64,000 nucleotides of DNA from NCBI RefSeq assembly GCF_963921235.1, contig NC_086109.1, forward strand, positions 20,896,001 to 20,960,000, given 5' to 3'. Both the position numbers and the translations under genes were made by a program. This document shows positions 27,401 through 39,400 of this stretch, one piece after another. The DNA comes from Mobula hypostoma. Lineage: Eukaryota. Under the pieces are notes generated by a model. The model was not told the DNA's origin, made no database searches, and saw nothing but the letters and a program-made list of their open reading frames with translations. Positions within the stretch are counted from its first letter, which is position 1. Every line of letters starts with the position of its first letter.

Positions 27401-30400
27401 GGAACTCTGCTGGTCAGGTAGCATCTATGGAGAGGAATAAAAAGCCAACGTTTTGGGCTGAGACCTTTCAGACTTGGTCTTGATGAAGGGTCTCATTCCG
27501 AAATGGCTCTGTATTCCTCAACGTAGATGCTGCCTGACCTGCTGAATTCCTTAAGCATTTTCTTTGTTACTCTGCACTATACAGTTGAGCCCATGCTAGT
27601 TCCACTCTCTTTACCACTCCCATACCATTTTATTATCCACCGTTTATAATACCAATCACCCTTTCACTTCTCAAAACCTTTTAATATTGTACCTAGTCTG
27701 ATTCCACTCTACATATAACAGAGGACCCCAAGCAAATGACCCATCAACACTCTTGAGAAAATGGAGAGTGGACCTCTACTGATCACCAAACTCCCGTTCA
27801 GAGGAGCACTTGGCCAGTGTTCAGTTCATACATGAGCATTTTGGAAGGATTTGTGTTTGGTAGTGGACAAATGCTACATATTTGAGTGGATATTGTGCAT
27901 TTCTGAAATGGGTGGAGTGAGAATCAGCTAAGGATTACAGAGCATTTTATTGTTGTTTTTCTATCTATTTTTAAACAGACTAGCTTCTGCAAATTTTCCA
28001 CCTGGCCATTTCTCTCATGTGTTCATTGACGAGGCTGGACATGCTGTTGAACCTGAAAGTATCATTGCAATTGCAGGTAAAAATATGTTAATAATGTATG
28101 AATGAACTTTATTTTCCTTATTTTCCTGAGGTATCAGCCCTCATTTCTCTACCTTTAATTGTACAAGGTTAGTGTTGTTCTAAGAATCAACTCCAGGGTC
28201 TGAGAAGACTGTCAGCTGTCACTCAACTCTTAAAGAAGGGATGGAGGCATAAGACGGGAATTTGTAGGCCAGTTAGCCTGACTTAGTGGTTGGGAAGATG
28301 TTGGACTCTATTATTAAGGGTGAGGTTTTGGGGTACTTGGAGGCACATGATAAAGTAGGCCAAAGTCAGCATGGTTTCCTTAAGAGGAAATCACACCTGA
28401 CAAGTTTGTTTGGAGCTCTTTGAAGAACCAGCAGGCAAGATAGGCAAAGGAGAGTCTGTGGATGTTGATTACTTAGATTTTCCGAAGGCCTTTGACAAGG
28501 TGCTGCACATTAGCAAGCTAAGAACCCACGGTATTACTGGAAAGTTACTAGCATGGATAGAGGATTGGCTGACTGGCAGGAGGCAGATTAGGAATAAAGG
28601 AGGACTTTTCTGGTTGTCTGCCAGTTACTTGTGGTGTTCCACATGAGTCAGTGTTGGGACCGCTTCTTGTCATGTTATATGTCAGTGATTTGGGTGATGG
28701 GATTGATGGCTTTGTAGCCAAGTTTTTGGACGATGCAAAGGTAGGTGGGGGTAGGTAGTGCTGAGGAAGCAGGGAGTCTGGAGAAGGACTTAGGAAGATT
28801 GGGAGAATGGGCAAAGAAGTGGCAGATGGAATATGGCATAGGGAAGTGTATGGTCATGCACTTTGGTAAAAGGAGTAAAGGTGAAGACTATTTTCCTAAA
28901 TAGGGAGAAAATTCAAAAATCAAAGGTACAGTACTCCCTAAAGGTTAACTTGCAGGTTGAGTTTCTGGTAAGGGAGGCAAATGCAATGATAGCATTCATT
29001 TCCAGAGGACTAGAATAGAAGAGCAAGGATATAATGTTGAGGCTTTATAAGGCATTGGCCAGACCACAATGGGAGAATTATGAGCAGTTTTGGGTCACTT
29101 AACTTAGAAAAGATGTGCTGGCATTGGAGAGGGTTCAAAGGGGGTTCCAGAGAATAATTCCAGGAATGAACTATGAGGAGCTTTTGATGGCACTAGGCCA
29201 GTACTCGCTGTTTAGAAGAACAAGAGGGCGATCTCATTGAAACCTATTGGATATTGAAAGGTCTGAATAGAGAGGATGTGAGGGGCTATGTTTCCCATGG
29301 TGGGTGAGTCTAGGACCAGAGGACACAGCCTCAGAATAGAGGGACATCCATTTAGAACAGAGATAAGGAGGAATTTCTTTAGCCAGAGGGTAGCGAATCT
29401 GTAGAATCCATTGCAACAGACAGCTGTGGAGGCCAAGTTATTTGGGAATATTTAAAGCGGAGGTTGCTAGGTTTTTGATTAGTAAGGCCATAAAATGTAA
29501 CAGGGAGAAGGCAGGAGATTGGGAATGAGATCAGCTATAATGGAGTGGGCAGAGCAGACTCGATGAGCTGAATGGCCTGTGTCTGCTCTTATGTCTTATG
29601 GACTGTAGACAGACCGCTGCCTTGCACCGTAGATGGACTCCCTTGGTACTTTGTTCTTCTGCTGTCTCGTTAAAAGATGTGTCCAGTTTAGTCTTGCATC
29701 CTGGTCTTTCCTCGCAATCCCACACATTCACCCCTTTCAAGCTTATGCCTTTGAAATTTAATGCTCCAATGTCATTGGATTTTCGGGTAGTTTTTTTTTA
29801 GATCTTAACTGGGGAGACAGTTCTTCTCATCTCATTTTTTGCTTGTTAATTTAAAATCCCAAGAACTTTGAGCACTAACTCACTTATTAGAGGAAACTGT
29901 CCCTCCCTGAGCTCTTAAAAGCCTTCATTTATATACAGAGCCTATAAAAAGTATTCACCCCCTCCCCCTGGAAGTTTTCATGTTTTATTGTTTAACAACA
30001 TTGAATCACAGTGAATTTAATTTGTCTTTTTTGACACTGATCAACAGAAAAAGACGCTTTTGTTAAGTGAAAACAGATCTCTACAAAGTGATCTAAATTA
30101 ATTACAAATAGAAAACACTAATTGGTTGCATAAGTATTCACCACCAAATGACACGCCAAATCATCAGTGGTGCAACCAATTGGTTTTAGAAGTCATTTAG
30201 TTAGTTAAATGGAGATTACCTGTGTGTAGTCAAGGTGTTTCAATTGATGGTAGTAATGATACACCTGTATCAGGAAGGTCCAACTGCTGGTGAGTCTGTA
30301 TCCTGGCAAAAACTACACTATGAAGACAAAAGAACACTCCAAGCAACTCTTTGAAAAGGTTATTGAAAAGCATAGGTCAGGAATTGGAGACAAGAAACTT

Positions 30401-33400
30401 TCTAGGTCACTGAATATCCCTTGGAGTACAGTTAAATCAATCATCAAGAAATGGGAAGAATATGGCACAGCTGAGAGCAAGCTGTCCTCAAAAACTGAGT
30501 GACTGTGCAAGAAAGGGACTAGTGAAAGAGGCCACCAAGAGACCTATGACAAGTCTGGAGAAGTTGGAAGCTTTATTAGCTGAGATGGGTGAGACTGTGC
30601 ATACAGCAACTATTGCCACGGTTCTTCACAAGTCGCAGCTTTGTGTGAGAGTGGCAAAGAGAAAGCCACTGTTGAAAAAAAACACATGAAATCTCAGCTA
30701 GAGTTTGGCAGAAGGCAAGTGGGAGACTCCGAAGTCAGCTGGAAGAAGGTTTAAAGGTCGGATGATACCAAAATTTTACTTTTTGCCCATCAGATTAAAT
30801 ACTATGTTTGGCATAAGCCAAACACCGCACATCACCAAAAACACACCTTCCTTACCATGAAGCATGGTGGTAGCTGCATCATGCTGTGGGGATGCTTCAC
30901 TGCAGCAGGCCCTGGAAGGCTTGTGAAGGAGGGTAAAATGAATGCAGCAAAATACAAGAAATCCTGGAGGAAACCTGATGCAATCTGCAAGAGAACTGTG
31001 ACTTGGGAGAAGATTTGTTTTCCAGCAAGACAATGACCCCAAGCGTAAAGTCAAAGCTACACAGGAATGGCTTAAAAACAACAAAGTTAATGTCCTGGAG
31101 TGACCAATCCAAATTGAGAAATCCAGATCTCAATCTAATTGAGAATTTATGGCTGGACTTGAAAAGGGCTGTTCGCTCACAATCTCTGTGCAATTTTGAC
31201 AGAGCTTGAGCAGTTTTGTAAAGAAGTATGGGGAAAAATTGCAGTGTCCAGATGTGCAAAGCTGACAGAGACCTATCCACACAGACTGAAGGCTGTAATT
31301 GCTGCCAAAGGTGCATCTACTAAATACTGACTTGAAGGGGGTGGGAGGGGTGAGTAATTATGCAATCAATTATTTTGTGTTTAATAATTGTAATACATTT
31401 AGACCAATTTGTAGAAACTTGTTTTCATTTTGACACAAAAGTGTCTTTTCTGCTGATCAGTGTAAAAAAAAAGCCAAAGTAAATCCACTGTGATTCAATG
31501 TTGTAAAACAATAAAACATGAAAACTTCCGGGTGTGGGGGGGTGGTGGATAATTCTCATAGGCATTGCATATACTGGGTCACTTTCCTCAGGTCATCAGT
31601 TCCAATTTCTCCAGCTGATCTACATCACTGCATGTTACACACTGATAAATCTCCTCTGTATCCTTTCCAAGTACCTTGTACAAGAGGCCAATTCCACAGG
31701 GTTTCTACAGTGTTCCACGTTTCAGGAAGTGGCTACCCTGCCCCTCGAGTACAGATAGACATCCTGCTCTCTGACCAAATTTAAGCTTCCCAGCTTCTTG
31801 CTTCATCCCCTCTTCCCCCATCCTCCTACATTCCCTGACCTGAACTTGCCTATCATCTACCAGCTTGTACTCCTTCCCCTCTCCACACCTTATTATGGCT
31901 TCCGCCCTTTCCTTTCCCGTCCTGGTGAAGGATTTCGGCCTGAGGTGTTGACTTTTATTCCCCTCCATAGATACTGCCTGGCCTAATGAATTCCTCCTGT
32001 AGTTTGTATGTGTGTGTTGCCTAAAGAGGGACAGAGCTGGCAGCTTAATGTCCTTGGTTACAGGGTTTTCGGATGACATGGGGCTTTAATGAGGGTGAGG
32101 AAGTCATACTTACTACAGAAGGTATGATGTGCCTTTATTGTCATTGTCAGACTGTTCTGTTTGGGTCTTAATTCGGCCTCAGTGCGTATAGAGCTCCAGA
32201 CTGGATGAGATGTCGTAGAGTCATAGAAAAGTACAGCACAGAAACAGGCCCTTTGGCCCATCTAGTCCATGCTGAAACCATTTAAGCTGCCTACTCCCAT
32301 TGACCAATGCTGGGACTGCGGCCCTTCATATCCCTACTATCCATACTGTACCAATCCAAACTTCACTTAAATGTTGAAACTGAGCTCATGTGCACCCACT
32401 TGTGCTGTCAGCTCATTCCACACTCTCACGACCCTCTGAGTGAAGGAGTTTCCACTCGTGTTCCCCTTAAACCTTTCTCCTTTCACTCTTAACCCATGAC
32501 CTCTGCTTGTAGTCCCTCCAAACTTTAGTGGAAAAAAAACCTGCTTGCATTTACCCTATCTATACCTTTCATAATTTTGTATACCTCTATTAAATCTATG
32601 TTGTAAAGAATTAAGTCCTAACCTATTCATTCTTTCCTTATGATCCATGTCCTCCAGACCCAGCAACATCCTTGTAAGTTTCCTCTGTATTCTTCCAATC
32701 TTCTTTGCATCTTTCTTGTAGGTAGGTGGCCAAAACTACACACAGTGCTCCAAATTAGGCTTCACCAATGTCTTATACAACTTCAACATACCATTCCATC
32801 TCCTGTACTCAATTCTTTGATTTATGAAGGCCAGTGTGTGAAAAGTTTTCATTAAGACCCTATCTACTTTCAATGAATTATGGACCTGTATTCCCAGATC
32901 CCTTTGTCCTATTGTATTACTCAGTGCTCAACTGTTCACTCTAAGACCTACCCTGGTTGGTCCCATCGAAGTGCAACTACTTGCACTTCTCTGCATTCAA
33001 TTCCAATTAATGGGGATGGAACAAGTTTCTACCACAGAGATTTCCATTACAGTTATATTAACTGGAGACAATGTGGTAAGTGATCAAAATCACGAGGTTT
33101 AAAGTTAAATTAATTTACATCAAGCCCGTGCCTACAGTCCACATAGTGATGAGATTTACTAGAATAGTTCCAAAGACTGGTTCTATGGAGAGACTGGAAA
33201 AGTTGTGGCTGTACTCAAGTATAGATGGGAAGGAAGATTTTAATGCAGGCTCAGCACCAAAGGAGTTGCCAAAGAAATGACAAGGTAAACCGTTCTCCTC
33301 TCTGCAGAGATCACCATTCTAAATAAGTAGCAGAAACATCTGGTGCAAAGGGTAGGTGAAAATTTCTTAATGACGCAAATAGTAATCTGGAAAACACTGA

Positions 33401-36400
33401 GGTTTGGTGAAGGTAGATCAAACAACTTCCAAAAGGCCATTAAATATCTGAAAGAGAGGAATTTACAGGCATGAAGCAGAAGAACAAGAGTGGGCCTAAT
33501 TGGAAAGTTCCTTTGATGGCCCCGCACATTGAAGAATGATCTCCCGTGAAGTATTAGTCTGCATTGTGTTCATGTTTTTCTTCGACTGTTTACTAGTTCT
33601 CTCAGAGTAGCAGCTGTTGTTTTGATGATTGGCCCAACTCTTTCCAACATCTTGGTTTTCTGCTTAATGAGAATGGAATTTGTGTGGTGAATACACTAGA
33701 ATATGAATATAGTCGCAGTGTATCAGGTAGAGGTAACTGCAAATGCTCTAATCACAGTGACTGTAAATGGTACAGCACAGAATGAGTCAACTATAGAAGA
33801 GCAGTCCGTGTTCATCTCCACTGCTGTTTTTCCCATTGCTTTGTTTTATATGTGTTTATCTGATTTCCTTTTGGGAATTGCTGTTTCTTCCAGATAACAA
33901 CAACTTGCTGTGGAAGTTATAAAATAGCATCATTTTGTTATACAGGGAGGAGGGGTTACCAAGCTGAAACATTAACTCTCTCTCCTGTTTCCAGCACTCT
34001 TTACATTGTAAATACATGCTGGTACCTATGCGCTGTATTTATGCACATTTTACTCCTATCTGCACTTGAACCTCAAACTTTATTTTTATAGTATTCTGTA
34101 TAATTGTTGAATGTTGTTTTTGTTTTAAGTTGCTACCTGACCAACATGCCACAGCAAATTCCTAAAGCATGTAAATATACGTGGTGAATAAAATTGATCC
34201 TGGATCCTTTTCTAGCAGGCATTTTGTCTGGTGCTTGATTACTAGCCACTAGAGCCAATTTATTTCTTATTCAAAATTTAGAAATTCAGGTCCAGGTGAA
34301 GGGTGTCAACCCAAAACGTTGAATGTACATCTCCATCTATAGATACTCCCTGACCCACTGAGTTTCTCCAGTGTCTCTTGTGTTGCTTCAGAAACTTTAC
34401 GTTTTTATTAAGTACATCCCAAAACTTTCTGTCCTCAAGGGGAACGGAACTAGTTTTAACAGTCATGATTCACAACTGAACCAGTTGAGGTGACTACTTG
34501 CACCATTTTCCATCCTAGATCTTCTCCTCTTCAAAAGATAGAAGGCTAGTAAGGAGAATAATCTGCGCAGAGAAATTGAAGAACTATAACAGAAAGTGAG
34601 CAGTAGAGAGAGAGCCATTGTCTATGCAGCCCTGTGACATGGGCTTCGTTTTGGTGCAACTACTGGGCTGACTCTGGTACTTGGAAGGATGAATGGAACA
34701 AACCCTTTAGTGAATTCACTCCACATGAACAGAATTTCCCCCCACTTCACCTTCACTTAGACAGGTATATGTGACAAATTAAATAAATGTCTTATTATAG
34801 GGTGATGCAGTAACATTAGCATAATGCATTACAGTACCAGCAGTCTGGGTTCAAACTCCCACCGTTCTCTGTCAGGATTTTGTATATTCTCCATGTGGGT
34901 TTCCTCCCACATTCCAAAAATATATGGGTTAGACTTCATAAGTAGTAGGGATGCTGTGTTGCTATTGACAGAAACAGTGCATTTTTCGATTTACTTGTGA
35001 GAAAGCTGATCTTTAATCATGATGCAGTAGGGGGAGCTCCATCAAGGTTAGGGCAAGGTGAATTGTTGAGGAGTAGAGTGAATCTGACTCTGTACCTTAC
35101 CCATGCCGTACGTTGCCTGTTGCACAGTTCTCAGTGTATTGATGCCCACGGTTTACTCTTCAAGGATTGCTAGATCCAGTGGATTTGGGAAACAAAGATG
35201 GTGGACAGCTGGTTCTGGTTGGGGATCCAAAGCAGCTGGGACCTGTGCTGAGATCTCCCATCGCCATCAGGCACGGACTAGGTAAGTGTGGATTGAGGTG
35301 GGCTTTCTGAACTCCGTCTTGCTCCCTACCTGCTCAGGATGTTTGAACCTTTAACTGGTCTAAATGTTCCTTTTAGATCCTTTCTGATATTTTACCCTGG
35401 TGCCAATTGCAAATGTAAATTAATGAGTAGTTTCATTGTTGCTTTGCTAAACTCATCACTTTTACATCCTGTCAGCAGCCTCCTAATCAGCTTTCATTCA
35501 TTTTCATTTTTTTACATCACAAACTAAATTGATAATTTTTTTCCAGGTTCTTGAGTTCACCAAAGCTCAATAACCATAAGGTCATAGACTATAATAAATT
35601 ATATATATATATAGGAATAGAATTAGGCCATTTGACCCATCGAATCTGCTGTGTCATTTCATCATGGCTGATCCATTTTTCCTCTCAGCCCCGGTCTCCT
35701 GCCTTCTCCCTGTATCCCTCCTGTTGTGACATCAAAAATCTGTCAACCTCTGCCTTAAGTACACCCAGTGACTTGGCCTCTACAACAACCTGTGGCAACG
35801 AATTCCACCAGGCAAAAGATCCCAATGATCCAGAAATCTGACCATCTGCCCCCTGCACCAGTTCCTCGACCATGCATTTATCTGCCAAATCTTGCCCATC
35901 ACTGGTGCGTGGCACAGGCGACAATCGAGAGATTACTACTCTTGACGGTCCTGCTTTTCAGCTTTCTACCTAGTTCCCTAAAACCTCTCCTCAGGACCTC
36001 CTTGCCTTTCGTACCCATGTCATTGGTGCCAATATGTATCAAGACTTCTGGCTGCTCACCCTCCCCCTTTAGAATGCCCAGGACCAGATTAGAGACATCC
36101 CTGGCACCAGGAAGGCAACATATTATCTGGGTGTCTGTATTGCGGCAACAGAATCTCATCTCTATTCCTCTAACTATGGAATCCCCTATCACTACTGCAG
36201 TCTTCTCCGCATCTCTTCTCCTTTGAGCCACAGTGCCAGACACCCTGCAACTGCAGCTCCCTGGTAGGCCATTCCCCCCCCCCCCCACCACCACTTTAGA
36301 TCCTTTCCTATACCCACTTCCCTTCTTCCTCCTGACAGTCGCCCAGTTACCCTGTCTTCTGCAACCTAGGGGTGACTACCTCACTGTAGCTCTACCTATC

Positions 36401-39400
36401 ACTTCCTCAGTCTGGCATCTGAGCCGGTGGTCATCGAGCTGCAACTCCAGTTCCTTAACGCACTCTTTGAGGAGCTACAGCTCGGTGCACCTGGTGCAGA
36501 TTTGATGATCTGGAAAGGCTGTATGCCTCCCAGAACCCCCACATGTTACAGAAAGTACATAATACTGCCCCTAGAGTCATTCTCACTGCTCTAACTATGC
36601 CCTAACAGATACGGAATGAGGAATAAAAAAAGTAGAAACTTACCAGATACTTATCTTGTGCAAGCCTGTTGAGCCAACACCTCCCCACTCTGACGCTGGT
36701 CCACTCACACAATGGCCGCTCAGCTTGCCCACCTTACTTTTTTATTCATCTTTGCACCTGAATCCCGTGCACTGATTGGTTACAGTTCAAACTCCAAAAA
36801 CCTCCTTGAGAAGCTGCTTTTTAAAATCTTTATTTGTGGATCTGTGTGAAGCTGCTGCTTCTACTGGCGTTCCCGTTCACTGATCGGCCACATTTCAAAC
36901 AAATAACAGACATTAACTGGATGGTTTCTAATTGTTGCTGCAGACAACGCACATTTAGATCAGAAGGGTAGGATTGAGGTTTAGCATTGATAAACACAGG
37001 ATACCAGCATTACCTGCCTGAATGAGAAATGAGGCCTTGCAGATGTTTATTTACTATGTTTTTGCTATGGTTACTATCTCGGGATGCTTCAAGGGAGCAT
37101 GATCAAACAAAATTGCATATAGAGCTTCATTCAATCTGTTAATTCAACACTTGGTCTATGAAGTGGAGTTAAAGAGACATCTTTAAGAAGGCTGGTGAGG
37201 TGGAGAGATTTTAAGGAGGAATTCTGAAACTAGTGATCGAGGCGGCTAAAGGTAAGGCTAGTGATGAGTGAAAAAGAATTGGAACAAGTGAAAACATTCA
37301 GTATGGCAGGAGTGGAGATCTTGGAGAGTTACGGAGCTGCTCAAGGTTACAACTGGGCAAAAGAACAAATGCCGAGAAGGGGTTTGAAAATGAGCATTCT
37401 TTGCGGCAATGTATCGGTCTGCGGCCCGGAGGTTGGGAACCACTGTTGACTTATCACTATGTTCATGCTGCGAGGAAAATATGCACTGTGTGTTTAATAT
37501 TAAGTTCGTTAGATAAACCCTTTTAGAAATGAAATTGAGTGTATTAGCCACTTACAAGTGACTCATAGTTGACTTATCACCTATATTCCGGTCGTGATTA
37601 ACACCCCCCTAGTTCGGCCAGTCCACAAGAGTATTGTTAATATTAAACTGGTCCGCGGTGCAAAGAAGCCTGGGGACCCCTGTGCTACTTGATATCCTCT
37701 TGTTCACTTAACATTGTGCATCACTTCTAAAGTGCATCTCTTGCTCTCCATTTTACTTATTTAGCAAGAAAGCTGAAGAAGGTGCAAAAATAAAGATTAA
37801 ATAAACATGCCAGAACATTGGGGGTCTGGAAGGATGTATTGGTAAAGTCTTTTCTCAAGATAAATGGCTGAGGTTGGATATCTTCATTGAGATGATGTGC
37901 CCAATAGTAGGCAAGTCCATAACTAAGTGATGTAAACAATTCTCAAATTCTTTACCATCATTACTCATTCTTTGGGATATTTGGACTGCTGTACACTGTA
38001 AATTTCTAACATGGGGGGTTTACACATATTCCACAAATACATTGCATACACAGCTCCTGATGTACAAAATTCATACTCTCCTGTCACTATCGGTGAACAC
38101 ATTGGCTGGTTTTCAATCCTGGTCGTTTTTAGAGTTCAAGTTTAGTTTTCATTCGACCGTTCACATGAATACAGCCAAATGATGCAGTGTTCCCCCAGGG
38201 CCAAGATGCAAAACCCAGTAACAACAGCTGCACACAGTACAGTCATGTAAAATTACAGGGTGCAGTCATTAAGCAGAAGTCCTGATTTGGAGAGATTTGA
38301 GAATGGCGTCTCTGGCAGCGAAACCTAGGCCTGGAGTGATTCGCCATGGCGGGGTCTAGTTCCTAGTGCGAGGGTCGGACAATTCAAACGCTGGCCCAGA
38401 TAGTGTGGGGTTTCTCTTTTCATGACACTACGGCTGTGAGACTGCCCCTTGCTGCTGTGCTTCGTGTCCGTGAACTATGTGGCGGCTTGCCCCGCCAATA
38501 TGATGAACTGAATACTGAGGCTTCTGGCCTACTCCGAGCAGCTCCAGGGATTTGAATTTAAGGGCTTAATTTGGTTTGGAATGCTGTTGTCGTTGCTCGC
38601 TTCTATCGTTTGCATGATTTGTATTGTTTTCTCTTTCTCTGTGTGTACTGGGGGTTGGTCTTTTTTTTAAGTTGGGTTCTTTCGGGTTCCTTGCTTTGCG
38701 ACTGCCTGTTAAGCAAACAAATCTCAAGCTTGTACAATTTATACATTCATTGATAATAACTGCACTTTGATGTGCTCCCGCTGTCATCACTCTTAAGTAA
38801 TGAGTTGTAGTTAATCTTCTGAATAAGATCTTAAGTTATAGGAGCAGAATTAAGCCATTCGGCCCCTTGAGTCTGTTCCACCATTCCAACATGGCTGATT
38901 TATTAACCGTCTCAACCCCATTCTCCTGCCTTCTCCCTGTAACCTTTGACTCCCTTACTAATTAAGAACCTATCAATGTCTGCTTTAAATATATGACTTG
39001 TCCTTCACAGCCTTCAGTAGCAATGAATTCCACAGATTCACCATCCTCTGGCAAAAGAAATTCCTTCCTCAAGGGATGTCCTTGTATTCTGAAGCTGTAC
39101 CATCTGGTCCTAGACTCCCCCCTACAGGAAATCTCTGCACCTCCACTATATCTAGACCTTTCAATGTTTGATACATTTCAATGAGATCCCCCCTCATTCT
39201 TCTAAACTCTAACAAGTACAGGCCCAAACACATCAAATTCTTCTCATACCCTTTTAATTCCTGGAATAATTCTTGTGAACCTCCTCTGGGCCCTCTCCAA
39301 TGCCAACATACCCGTTCTTAGATAAAGAGCTCAAAACCAGTAACAATATTCCATGCAGTCTGACCAATATCTTGTAAAGCCTCACCATTACATTCTTTTT

